Translations under genes and position numbers: made by a program
The notes under the pieces: generated by a model
What the model was told of the DNA's origin: nothing
Seen by the model: only the letters and a program-made list of their open reading frames with translations
The model's database searches: none
Shown here: in pieces, positions 23,790 through 35,728 of the stretch
Layout of the letters: every line of letters starts with the position of its first letter
Numbering within the stretch: the first letter of the stretch is position 1
Source of the DNA: Chiloscyllium plagiosum
Taxonomy: Eukaryota
Length of the DNA stretch: 64,000 nt
Assembly: GCF_004010195.1 (NCBI RefSeq)
Contig: NC_057750.1
Location: forward strand, 13,730,033-13,794,032
Direction: 5' to 3'

Positions 23790-24127
23790 CATAGTGGTTA
23801 GCACTGCTGCCTCACAGCACTAGGGACCTGGGTTTGATTCCAGCCTTGGGCGACTGTCTGTGTGGAGTTTGCACATTCTCCCCGTGTCTGCGTGGGTCTC
23901 CTCCGGGTGCTCCGGTTTCCTCCCACAGTCCAAAGGCTAGGTGGATGGTCCATGCTAAATCACCCCATGGTGTCCAAGGATGTGTAGGTTAGGTGGATTG
24001 GCTATGAGAAATACAGGGTCCCAGGGATGACTTAGAGGTGTTAGGTTTGGGTGAGATGCTCTTTGGAAGGTCTGTGTTGAATTGATGGGCCGAAAGGCTC
24101 ATTGCCTCACTGTAGGAATTCTATGAT
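23790..24127 (+). mobile_element. HE1 SINE
   Basis: agtggttagcactgctgcctcacagc head, core and tail. Confidence 0.9.
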
Positions 24128-24600
24128 TCCACCGCTCAAGTATATCCCAATCTCTGTGTATGTGTGTGTCTCTCTCTCCTCTTTTAAAATGCACATTCAA
24201 AACGACCTCTTTGACTCAGGTTTTGTTTGTCGGTGCCATTATCTCTGTAAATATCTCATTCTGACTGAGCACTTTTCTGAGCGCCATGGGGGCACTTTCC
24301 GAGGTGTTTTTGGAGAGTATTAATGCTGGTGGTATTAATGCTAGACCTGTAATCCAGAGACCCCGGTAACGTTCTGGGAACCCAGCAATAGGAGATGGTG
24401 AAATTTGAATTCAATTAAAACAAAAATCCGGAATTAAAGCGTTGACCATGGAGTCATCTCTTTGACTCTGTGCACAATGAATCATTCAGTTTTTCATTGC
24501 AAAATGTTGCCGTCAGTCTGATTATTTTTAACAAGGTTTAACGTAGAGCTTCCCTGTCTGTGTCCACGCTTCTTATCTTTGCTCACGTGCCTTCCTTCAG

Positions 24601-24665
24601 ACAAGAGAGTTTCACCAGGAACGAGGTGTCTGTAATACCCCTGATGCCGGCTGCTGAGAAGATTG
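24601..24665 (+). CDS. Candidate internal coding exon (QESFTRNEVSVIPLMPAAEKI)
   Basis: Strong polypyrimidine acceptor cttccttcag with a ctcac branch-like motif. Donor GTGAGA at 24666. 65 nt, phase 2 to 1, open frame. Confidence 0.6.
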
Positions 24666-25159
24666 GTGAGACTGAGATAGACTGACTCCCATGAGCTCTC
24701 TCTGCCAAGGAAGGCCATCAACTCTCCATCGATTTGTATCACAAAGCCATGTGCTATGGAGGGAAACTGCAGGAGCATCCCTTGCCCTCTGAAGTTCCGC
24801 AATTTAGTTTTTGCAAAATCTGGACTTTGTGGTTAAGTTTTCATTATCTTTAAAACTCTTGTAATTCGACTTTCAAAACTCTATGGCTCAATCTTGCCTG
24901 AAAATACTTCAGTTTCTCAAAGATCTTTTCTCTTGCTACATCCATCTGAATAAATTCTCGAAAATCAGTTTGTTCCCTCTGTGATTTTTTTGTTAACTTG
25001 CTCTGTTGTGGTTGGTCAAAAACAGGTTTGCACGTGTCCTCGTTAACCCTATGGAGGTTAACTGATGGCAGTAACTTTGGGATATAGTTCAACGAAGAAG
25101 CTTTTGACACCAGTTTTGGTTCACTTTAATCGACCTGTTGGGGCATTGGGGGGGGGGGG

Positions 25160-25480
25160 GGTGGCACGGTGGCTCAGTGGTTAGCACTGCTGCCTCACAG
25201 TGCCAGGGACCTGGGTTCGAATCTACCCTCAGGCGACTGTCTGTGTGGAGTTTGCACGTTCTCCCCGTATCTGCGTGGGTTTCCTCCAGGTGCTCCGGTT
25301 TCCTCCCACAGTCCAAAGATGCACAGGTTAGTGTGGATTGGCCAGGATTAAATCGCCCATAGTGTCCAGGGATGTGCAGACTAGGTGGGTTAGCCGCGGG
25401 ATTATGGGGATGGGGTGGGTCTGGATGGGAGGCTCTTTGGGGTTGGTGTGGGTTGAATCTTCCACAACGTAGGGATTCCA
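25160..25480 (+). mobile_element. HE1 SINE
   Basis: Head, core and tail all present. Confidence 0.9.
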
Positions 25481-26301
25481 CAACACACTTCTAGAGCCGG
25501 TGGGAGTTGAACCAGGATGTTCTGGCGCAGACAGAGGGACGCTACCACAAGATCCTTTGATCCAGTTTTATAATGACAGGAGAGTATATTGGGTAAAAGT
25601 AGACTTTCAAAGTAGCACCACTTTCAGCAATAACAGTTCCCACAATCCTTTGGCCCATTTCTGCCACGAGTATTTTAGGTCACTGCCCCCTCTTGTTAAC
25701 CTGCCCTGTCATGGTACTGGTTTGTACAAACCAAAAACAGTTAATCCAATGAACTAAATTACATCCCATTAAAGAGAGACTGTAATAAAAACAAATCTTT
25801 AAAGAAACTTTTCTAATTTAACTCATGAAACCTTGAAACTTGTAGATGTAATTCCTCTTTAAGGAGTCTCTGGCAATGATATAACCCACAGTTGGATTGG
25901 ATGCTCCTTGCATACTCAGTTAACAGCATCTTCGAATCTCTACTGTGCAGATACAGGCCTTTCAGCCTGGAGCAGATTAACAAGGGGATCTTCTCCTCCT
26001 TCCTACCACCCTCCTTCCCCATTGCAGTCGATAACCAAAGACCAGGAACTTGGGGCTAACATACACTCAAAACCTGAGGATTAGACCCCTGAGATTACCC
26101 TGTGTCTGCAAGAGGTCCACATTTGTCCTTGGGATTCATGTTTCCATCCAATCCAAATGGAACTGTGGCCCCATCTATGACAGTCACTAGTCCGCTGGAA
26201 GCCGTCACTGAATACACAGCGGTACTTTGTAGCAGAGATTCCTGCCTGTCATTTATAGTTCAGTCCCAAAGGATAGCTTTTCTTTGCAGAGAATGGGATT
26301 C

Positions 26302-27240
26302 ATAGAAACCCTATAGTGAGGAAACAGGCCATTCAGCCCATCGAGCCTGCACCGCCCCTCAAAAGAGCATCCCACCTGGTCCCCCACCCTACATTTCCCA
26401 TGGCTTACCCATCTAGCCTGCACATCCCAGGACACTATGGGTAATCTCCCATGGCAAACCGACCCAGCCTGCACATCACTGGGCACTATGGGTAATTCCC
26501 CATGTCTAACACACCCAACCTGCACATTCCAGGACATTATGGGTAATTCCCCATGGCTAACCCACCCTAACCTGCACATCCCAGGACACTATGGGTAATT
26601 TCCCATGTCTAACACACCCAATCTGCACATTCCAGGACACTATGGGTAATTCCCCATGGCTAACCCACCCAGCCTGCACATCCCTGGGCACTATGGGTAA
26701 TTCCCCATGTCTAACACACCCAACCTGCACATTCCAGGACACTATGGGTAATTCCCCATGGCTAACCCACCTTAACCTGCACACCCCAGGACACTATGGG
26801 TAATCTCCCATGGCTAACCCACCCAGCCTGCACATCCCTGGGCACTATGGGTAATTCCCCATGTCTAACACACCCAACCTACACATTCCAGGACACTATG
26901 GGTAATCTCCCATGGCTAACCCACCCAGCCTGCACATCCCTGCGCACAATGTGTAATTCCCCATGGCTAACCCCCCCTAACCTGCACATCACAGGACACG
27001 ATTGGTAATTTCCCATGGCTAACCCACCCAGCCTGCACATCTCTGTGCACTATGGGTAATTTCCCATAGCTAACCCACCCTACCCTGCATATCTTTGGAC
27101 TGTGGGAGGAAACCAGAGTACCCGGAGGGAACCCACACAGACATGGGGAGAATGTGCAAACTCCACACAGAGAGTTGCCTGAGGCTGGAATCGAACCCGA
27201 GTCCCGTGAGGCAGCAGTGCTAACCACTGAGCCACCACAC
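26302..27240 (-). repeat. HE1 SINE with about 13 tandem 51-52-bp internal units
   Basis: ctatgggtaa recurs at 26435, 26486, 26537, 26589, 26640, 26691, 26742 and 26794 onward. HE1 head at about 27100-27240 and tail at about 26302-26395. Confidence 0.92.
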
Positions 27241-27356
27241 AGCCCATCTGGCAGCAAATCCCAGACGTTATTAGCACAACTGAGAAAAAGCCCATTAGAG
27301 GAGGAGAGGTTTTCAATGAAGGGTACTCTGGAATGCAGAACATTTGGCAGCTAAAG

Positions 27357-28650
27357 GCATGGTCACCATTGGAGATGCTCAGGGATCGCATGGTCACCAA
27401 TGGAGATGCTCAGGGGAGCATGATGACGAATGAGGATGCTCAGGGACGCATGGTGTCCAATGGGGATGCACAGGGGTGCATAGTGACCAATGGGGATGCA
27501 CAGGGGTGCATAGTGACCAATGGAGATGCTCAGGGGAGCCTGGTCACCAAAGGGGACGCTCAGGGGAGCATCGTCGCCAATGGGAATGCTCAGGGGTGCA
27601 TAGTGACCAATGGAGATGCTCAGGGGAGCATGGTGACCAATGGAGATGCTCAGGGGAGCATGGTGACCAAAGGGGATGCTCAGGGATCGCATGGTCACCA
27701 ATGGAGATGCTCAGGGGAGCATGGTGACCAAAGGGGATGCTCAGGGGCACATAGTGACCAATGGAGATGCTCAGGGGAGCATGGTGACCAATGGGGTTGC
27801 TCAGGGGTGCATGGTGACCAATGGAGATGCTCAGGGTAGTGTGGTCACCAATGGGGACGCTCAGGGGAGCATCGTCACCAATGGGAATGCTCAGGAGTGC
27901 ATGGTGACCAATGGAAATGCTCAGGGGAGCATGGTGACCAAAGGGGATGCTCAGGGGCACATAGTGACCAATGGAGATGCTCAGGGGAGCATGGTGACCA
28001 ATGGAGATGCTCAGGGGAGCATGGTGACCAATGGAGATGCTCAGGGGAGCATGGTGACCAATTGAGATGCTCAGGGGAGCATGATGACCAATGGAGATGC
28101 TCAGGGGAGCATGGTCACCCATGGGATTGCACAGGGGAGCATGGTGACCAATGGGGATGCTCTGGGGGCCTTAATGACAAATGGGGATGCACAGGGGAGC
28201 ATGGTCACTAATGGAGATGCTCCGGGTGGGGCAGCCTGGTAACCAATGGAGATGCACAGAAGAGCATGGTGACCAATGGAGATGCTCAGGGCAGCATGGT
28301 CACCCATGGGATTGCACAGGGGAGCATGGTGACCAACAGAGATGCAAAGGGGAGCATGGTGACCAATGGGGATGTACAGGGGAGCATGGTCACCAATGGG
28401 GATGTACAGGGGAACATGGTGACCAACAGAGATGCAAAGGGGAGCATGGTGACCAATGGGGATGTACAGGGGAGCATGGTCACCAATGGGGATGTACAGG
28501 GGAACATGGTGACCAATGGGGATGTACAGGGGAGCATGGTGACCAATGGGGATGCTCAGGGGAGCATGGTCACCAATGGGATTGCACGGGGGAGCATGGT
28601 GACCAATGGGGCTGCTCAGGGGAGCATGGTGGCCAATAGGGATGCTCGGG
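27357..28650. repeat. 30-bp minisatellite (atggtgaccaatggagatgctcaggggagc)n, about 43 copies
   Basis: Directly visible tandem array with occasional 31-bp units. Confidence 0.97.
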
Positions 28651-28914
28651 AGAGCCAGAATTTGAAGATATCTCAGATGTCTATCGGGCTGGAGATTAGT
28701 AATGGTGGAAGTAGTGTTGGAGTGTAGTGGTAGTATTCCTAGCTCTGAAGCAGGAGGCCTGGGTTCAAGTCCCACCTTCTCCAGAGTTGTACAATAACAT
28801 CGCTGAGCAAATTGTTTAAGAAAATATATAGAAGTTGTATGGGGGTGGGTGCTAGCGATGGGCTGAGAGGAAGTGGAAGGCAGGTTGAAGGAGGAGGACA
28901 GGTTTGTGGAGATA

Positions 28915-29500
28915 TTTGAAAGCGAGAATGCAAACATTTTTAATAGAAATGGTGCAGATGCAAGGCCATTCAGCCCATCGAGTGTGCGCTGCATGCAATG
29001 AAATGGTCGCTGATCTCATAATCCCCAACTCGACTTTCCTGCTTTTGCCCCGTAACCCTTGATTCCCTTGTAGGTTAAACATTTACCTCAGCATTGAATA
29101 CACCCCAGCCCTCTGCGGTAGAGAATTCTACAGATACACTCCGCTCTGAGAGATGGGTGACCCTTTATTCTGAGACTGTGGTCTGGGACTCTCCCACAAG
29201 AGGAAACAACCTCTCCACAGCCAAGCTGCCGAATCCCCGAAGGATCTTATGTTTCAATAAGGTTGCCCCTATTCTACTGAACTCCAATGCGTATTGGGCC
29301 CAACCTACTCAACCTCGCCTTAGAAGACAGTCCCTGCGTAGTTGATATCAGTCTGTTGAAACTTCTCTGGACTCCCTCCAAAGCCAGTATCTCTTTCCCT
29401 CGCAAACAAGACCAAAAGTGTTTACAAAATTCTAGCTGTGGTCTGAATAGTGCCCTATTTGGTTTTTGGCAAGAGGTCCCTCTTTTTACACTCCATTCTT
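28915..29500 (-). mobile_element. Older CR1 LINE 3' fragment
   Basis: ggccattcagcccatcgag tail and a degenerate ORF2 C-terminus. Confidence 0.75.
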
Positions 29501-29845
29501 AAATTTCAAAGCAGCCCAAATTATTCTTTGTGAACCTTGGCTTCAACGATGAGAGATGATACAGGAACCTGTGGAGTTGTTTCCTCACCTATATCTCTCA
29601 AGCCCCTCTCAATTCCAAGTGGTCCTAACTGATTCTCTCAATTTTAACCAGTAAAACCAAGTGCTTCCAGGTTCATATCTGCTCTATGGCATTCTGTTTG
29701 AGCTGTTTTTAGCTGTGGGAATATTTCTGTAAGCAGCCAAAGAGATTATGCGTAGGAGACACAACTGCATTTGCCTGAGATGGATCCAGTTTCATCTACC
29801 TCTGAAAGAGTATAACTACTGGGCTGACCAGTGGCAAGTAATATT

Positions 29846-30073
29846 CTATGTCAAGAGTGTGGTGCTGGAACACAGCAGGTCAGGCAGCATCCGAGAAGCA
29901 GGAGAATCAACACTTCGGGCATAAGCCCTTCATCAGGAATGGTTTCATTCCTGATGAAGGGCTTATGCCCGAAACATGACTTTCCAGCTCCTCGGATGCT
30001 GCCTGACCTGCTGTGCTTTTCCAGCACCACACTCTCGACTCTGATCTCCAGCATCTGCAGTCCTTACTTTCTC
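29846..30073. mobile_element. Foldback Penelope-end insertion with a hammerhead core in each arm
   Basis: Arms 29855-29941 and 29946-30034 around a gttt loop. CTGATGA at 29951. TSD caagtaatatt at 29835-29845 and 30074-30084. Confidence 0.9.
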
Positions 30074-30084
30074 CAAGTAATATT

Positions 30085-30848
30085 TAAGGCCCCAGGCTAT
30101 GACCATCACCAATAATCTAACCACCGCCCCATGATATTCAATGGTGTTACCATCACTGAATCCTCTGTTATCAACATCCTGGGGGTTATCATTGACCAGA
30201 AATTCAACTAGACTCATCATATAAACACAAAGGCTACAAGAGCAGGTCACAGGCTGGGAATACTGCAGCGAGTAAATCACCTCCTGACTCCCCAAAGCCT
30301 GTCCACCATCTACAAGGCACAAGTCAGGAGTGTGAGGGAATACTCCCCACTTGCCCCTGGATGGGGGCAGCTCCAACAACACTCAAGAAGCTCGACACCA
30401 TCCAGGACAAAGCAGCCCCCCGCTTGATTGGCACCACACCCACAAACATCCCCTCCCCACCACCGACGCTCAGTAACAGCAGGGTATACCATCTACAAGA
30501 TGCACTGCAGCAATTCACCAAAGATCCTCAGACATTACCTTCCAAACCCACAACCACTTCTATCTAGAAGGACAAGGGCAGCAGATCCATGGGAACACCA
30601 CCCCCTGCGAGTTCTCCTCTGAGCCCCTCACCATCCCGGCTCAGAAATATATCGCCGTTCCTTCAGTGTCACTGGGTCAAAATCCTGGAATTCCCTCCCT
30701 CAGGGCATTGTGGGTCTACCCACAGCACACGGACTGCAGCGGTTCAAGAAGGCAGCTCACACCCACCTTCTCGGGGGGCAACTAGGAACGGGGCAATAAA
30801 TACTGGATCCTGGCAGTGACACCCACAGCGTACAAATGAATAATAAAA
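30085..30848 (+). mobile_element. Second CR1-clade LINE 3' fragment
   Basis: Peptide AAPTTLKKLDTIQDKAA. Same family as 14555-15763. Tail gggcaataaatactgg...aatgaataataaaa. Confidence 0.88.
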
Positions 30849-31014
30849 GCTGGGAGTAGGCCTTTCAGCCCCACAAACCTACTGTACCATTTGATTACAG
30901 AATCATAGAGGTGTTACAGCCCATCATATCTGCCCCACCTCACTAAACGAGTACACTATCTTGGTGTCCTGTCACGGTCCTCTCCCCATATTCTCGTTGT
31001 TCAGTCATTTTTTT

Positions 31015-31262
31015 TCAATGTTGATTGCATTATTGTTGTTACATGAACCGAGATACAGAAGAGAGTGTTGTTTTGCATACTGTACAGGCAGATTGTATCA
31101 CACAAAATGCATCAGGGTAACAAAGCAGAGTGCAGAATACAGCGTTACAGTTGCAGAGAAGGCACAGAGAGAGAGAGAGAGATAAGAATTAACACTTGAG
31201 AGATCCATTTGAAGTCAGATAACAGCGGGGAAGAAGCTGTTATTGAATCTGTTCATACGTGC
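31015..31262 (-). mobile_element. Rex/Babar-like LINE 3' end
   Basis: aacagcggggaagaagctgtt.ttgaatctg and the terminal region resemble recalled Rex1/Babar 3' ends. Confidence 0.5.
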
Positions 31263-31747
31263 ATTTTGATGTAGGCCAGACCAGTGTTTAATGCCCATCC
31301 CAAGGCCAGAGGGCATTTAAGCATCACCCACATTGGATGTGGGTCTGGAGTCACCTGTATGCCAGACTGGGTAAAGGAAGTAGACCTTTATTATTTAAAA
31401 GGCATGAGTGAACTGGGTGGGTTTTCATGACAATTGAACACAGTAACATGGTCATTATTAGGTGGGTTCTTAAACGAAAAATCCCAATTTTTAGTGAATT
31501 CCAATTTCATCTTGTGCTACAGTCAGACTTGAACCCAGAATTGGGGTTTTAGATTGGTAGTCTTGTGACATTAACACCACACCACCACCTCCCCAAATAA
31601 TCAGCCAATGCCCCTCTTGAGTGCTTCAACTGAACCGGGCTCCGTCTCATTTCCAGGCCGTACACTCTGGACCTGCACTACACTCTGTGTGGAAGTATTC
31701 CTTTCTCACCTTGCATTTGCTTCTTTTGCAAAGCTACTTTCCTCTTA

Positions 31748-31986
31748 GTGAGATTTGAGAAGATTTGTAGCTCAAGTTGAGGTCCTGGATGTGTTTGCTC
31801 GCTGAGCTGGCAGGTTCATTTTCAGAGTTCCCTTGAGTTGGTAATGTCATTTCAAACGCAAACATATAAATAGAAAGCGGGCTACACCACCAGTGCTTCA
31901 TCCAGAGGCTCACTGAAGATGTTACCTAGTATGGTGATGAAATGTCTGAAAATGAACCTTCCAGCTCAGCGACCAAACCTACATCT
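31748..31986. mobile_element. Penelope family B terminal fragment with inverted ends and a hammerhead motif (31910-31949, plus)
   Basis: tca-CTGAAGA-t-gttacc-tagtat-ggtgat-GAAA-tg-TC-tga. Inverted arms at about 31788-31826 and 31945-31986. Confidence 0.75.
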
Positions 31987-33449
31987 ACTACTTTCCTCTT
32001 GTCAATCTCCACGCTTCTCCCGTCTCCCCATACCCAGTGATGGCTTTTTTTTTTACGTAAAAACAGGAAGAAAGAGGAACTCAGACTTTCATTTCTCCAG
32101 CGCCAGGATATCTCGGGCTGATAAAGTGTTGTGTTGTGTAGTGTAGATAGTGTGGGTAAAAAACATGACAACAAACACGGAAATCCGCCAGATAAACTAA
32201 TTTTATGACATTGATTGAGGGATACATATTGTTCAATTCCTGGTTCAGGTTCCTTCAATGAGTTTGGGACAAAATCCCAGAATTCCCGAACAGCCCTGTG
32301 GGACTACCTAGCTACATGGACTGCAGTAGTTCAAAAAGGCAAGTCACTGCCATTTTCTCAAGGGGCAACTAGGGATGCGCAATAAATGGTGGCACAAACA
32401 TCTGTCATGAGTCAATATAAATAATTATCTGGGAAATCTATTGGAAAACCATAGTTCCAGGAGACTGGCTGTTGGTTTTCATAACTCAGAGATGGTTCAG
32501 AACAGAAGGAGGCCATTTGGCCCATCATGTTAGTGCTAGTCATCAAAGATTTGACTAAACGAATCCCATTTTCCAGCTTTTGTCTCGTAGTCACAGAGGC
32601 TATGGTAATTGGAGTGAGTATTTAAGTACTTATGTAGGTGCAGCAAGCAATGAGGAAGAGGGATGGCCTTTAATGCAAGAAGTTCAGGAGACCATGAAAT
32701 TCAAATCTCACCAGGGCAGCTGCTGGAATTTCAATTCAAGGAATAAAACACTCTGGAACTGGAAGCTGATCTCTGTCATGGTGACCGTGAAACAATGATT
32801 GATTGTTACAAAACCCCCATTGGGTTTACTAATCCTGACTCAGTCTGGCCTATCGGAGCCACAGAAATGTAGTGAAATGAACCCTCTGAAATGGCCAAGC
32901 AACTGACTCAGTTCGAGGATAATAAGGGAATGGGCAATAAACTCTGCCCCACAAAATAGTGTTTTTAAAACTTCTCCGAAACTATAAAATTATTGCAGGC
33001 CAAATCAGCACAGAACGTCAAAAGAAACCCAATAGAATTGATTTGAAGATCAAGTGGTCAGGATTACTCACCTGAAACCATTCATAAAGTCTTGTTGCTA
33101 GTAGCACCCTTGGTCTGAGTGTTCATGCCAGGAAACGAATTGAAGTTGCTCATCTCTGGGACATAATTGATTCCTAAAATGAAGGGACTTTCTTTGATTA
33201 ACGTGTGCTGGGTTATTTTGGAAAGGTTAATATGAAATATTGGGTTGGCTCAATTGTGTCTACTGAGCACCTGCTCCAAAGACACTTTCAAGTGAAGTTA
33301 AAAGCCTGTCAAAGGGTTTACAGAGATACGTACTTATGACGTTAACACCTACTTAATGTTGGTCATTTTTGCTCAGTTGGCTGGACTGCTGGTTCATAAT
33401 GCAGTGATACCAACAGCATGGGTTCAATTCCCACACCAGCTGAGGTCTT

Positions 33450-33763
33450 TAGATTCGTATAGATTCCCTACAGTGCAGAAACAGGCCCTACGGCCCAATA
33501 AGTCCACAACCGAAGAGTAACCCATCCAGACCCATTTCCCTCTGACTAATGCACCTAACACTATGGGCAATTTAACATGGTCAATCCACCCGACCTGCAC
33601 ATCTTTGGACTATGGGAGGAAACCGGAGCACCCAAAGGAAACCCACACAGACACGGGGAGAATGTGCAAACTCCACACAGACAGTCACCTGAGGCTGGAA
33701 TCAAACCTGGGACCCTGGTGCTGTGAGGCAGCAGTGCTAACCACTGAGCCACTGTGCCATCCT
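33450..33763 (-). mobile_element. HE1 SINE inside a split family-3 SINE (33360-33446 and 33860-34005)
   Basis: Full HE1. The host SINE halves align to the copy at 11590-11818. Confidence 0.88.
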
Positions 33764-33775
33764 AAATTTTTTTTA

Positions 33776-33856
33776 ACGCAGCGTTGGACTCGATCCCATG
33801 CCTCTGAGGAGATTGGCACCTTAATCCAGTGGCTTAGACCGCTCGGCCACGGCTCC
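33776..33856 (-). pseudogene. tRNA-Leu(AAG) pseudogene
   Basis: Minus strand reads ggagccgtggccgagcggtctaagccactggatt-AAG-gtgccaatctcctcagaggcatgggatcgagtccaacgctgc, with a long variable arm and several stem mismatches. Confidence 0.85.
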
Positions 33857-34417
33857 AGGTGTAGGTTACTGTGAAAGATTCTCCTTCTCAATCGCCTGAG
33901 ACACGGTGACCATCAGGTTAAACCCCCACCCCCTCTAATGAGAGAGGAGTCCTTTGGTCATATCTCAACAAGACCATAGCACTCTGGGATTGGGGTGACT
34001 TTATCTTATCTAATGTCAGCGTGACTCTGAGCTAAAACCTTGTCCATGTGGCAACCTATAGTCCAGGCTATAACCCTTCTTATCTTTCTCCCTCTACCTC
34101 TGAGATCGCTACCCTCCTCCAATTCTAGCTTCTTATCCACCCTGCATAGCTTTGCTCTACAATTTGAAAGAGACAGTGACACAATAACAACGTTATTGGC
34201 TCGTTATTCCAGAACTCCCGCACAATCTTCTGGGAGCTGGGTTCAAATCCCATCGTAGCAGATGGAGAAATTTTAATTTCAACTAAAACTTCGAGCGAAA
34301 AGCGAGCCTGGTTGCCAATTGTTCATAAGAATCTAACTGGTTTCACTAATGTCCTTTAGGAAGGGAAATCTGCCATCCTTACCTGGCCCACGCCCGACTG
34401 CAAACCAACAGCGTAGG

Positions 34418-35010
34418 GTCACAGAGTCATAAAGCATGGAAACAGACCCTTCGGCCCAACCAGTCCATGCCGACCACAATCCCAAACTAAACTATTCCCA
34501 CCTGCCTGCTCTTGGCCCATATCCCTTCAACCTTTTTGAGTTCTTGTACTTTTAAACATTGTAACTGTACCTGTATCCACCACTTCCTCTGGCAGTTCAT
34601 TCCATATATGAACCACCTTCCATGTAGAAATGTTGTCCTCATGTCCTTTTTAAATCTTTCTCCTCTCGTTGTAAATGTATGCCCGCTAGTTTTGAACTCC
34701 CCCACCCCAGGGAAAAGACACCTCCCATTCACGTATGATTTTATAAACCTCCTGAAGATCACCTCTCAACCTTCTACACTTCACGGAAAAAAGTCCCAGC
34801 CTATCCAGCCTCTCCTTATATCTCAAACCCTTCAGTCCTGGCAACCTCCTGGTAAATCTCTTCTGAGCCCTCTCCAGCTTAATAATACCCTCCCTGTAAC
34901 AGGGTGACCAGAACTGAACACAGCTCTTCAGAAGAGGCCTCACCAATGTCCTGTACAACCTCAACATGGCGTCCCGACTCCGAATACTCAAAGATCTGAG
35001 CAATGAAGGT
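34418..35010 (-). mobile_element. CR1/HER1 LINE 3' fragment
   Basis: Peptides LYRTLVRPLL, VQFWSP and RLRGDL. Confidence 0.9.
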
Positions 35011-35426
35011 ATAGTGATTGGGACCAGATTAACCTCATCAACTATGAGTTTCTTGACTGGGGTGTTGACTGGGCCAATCAGGAAAGCCATGGCTGACCGA
35101 TGTAACCAGATTTAGAATCTTGCCTTGCCACCCATATTTGGTGTCACCCACAAACCTTGTAATAATATGGTTCATTTCCCTCATCTGATCATTGGTATAG
35201 TTATAAGGCAATGCGGCCCCATACTGATCCATGGGCACTCCATCAGTTACAGGTTACCATCCTGAAAATACCTACTTTATCCCAACGTTCTATCTTCACA
35301 GAAGAAGACCATGCCCTTCAGCCCAACTAGTCCACAGCGACCCTCTGAAGCGCATCCCACCCAGACCTGTCCCCCTACACCTGTAACTAAGGGAGCTAAC
35401 CCACATATCCCTGAATATATTAGCTT

Positions 35427-35728
35427 CCCTACAGTGTGGAAACAGGCCCTTCGGCCCAACCAGTCCACACCAACCTGCCAAAGAGTAACCCACCCAGACC
35501 CATTTCCTTCTGACTAATGCACCTAACACTATGGGCAATTTAGCATGGCCAATTCACCCTAACCCACACATCTTTGGATTATGGGAGGAAACCAGAGCAC
35601 TCAGCAGAAATCCACACAGACACGAGGAGAATGTACAAACTCCACACAGACAGTCGCCCGAAGCTGGAATTGAGCCCTGGATCCCTAGCGCTATGAGGAA
35701 GCAGTGCTAACCACTGAGCCACTGTGCC
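35427..35728 (-). mobile_element. HE1 SINE
   Basis: Full head, core and tail. Confidence 0.9.

Noticed and set aside
24494..24802. Minus-strand 102-aa ORF
   Set aside because: No recognisable domain. Better explained as the antisense shadow of the plus-strand exon.
28711..28785. tRNA-like A/B-box sequence (also near 25497 and 62020)
   Set aside because: No complete cloverleaf. More consistent with SINE heads.
27333..28994. MVTNGDAQGS repeat ORFs as an antifreeze, ice-nucleation or mucin-like protein
   Set aside because: This is a 30-bp satellite with frameshifting 31-bp units and stops, open in several frames on both strands.
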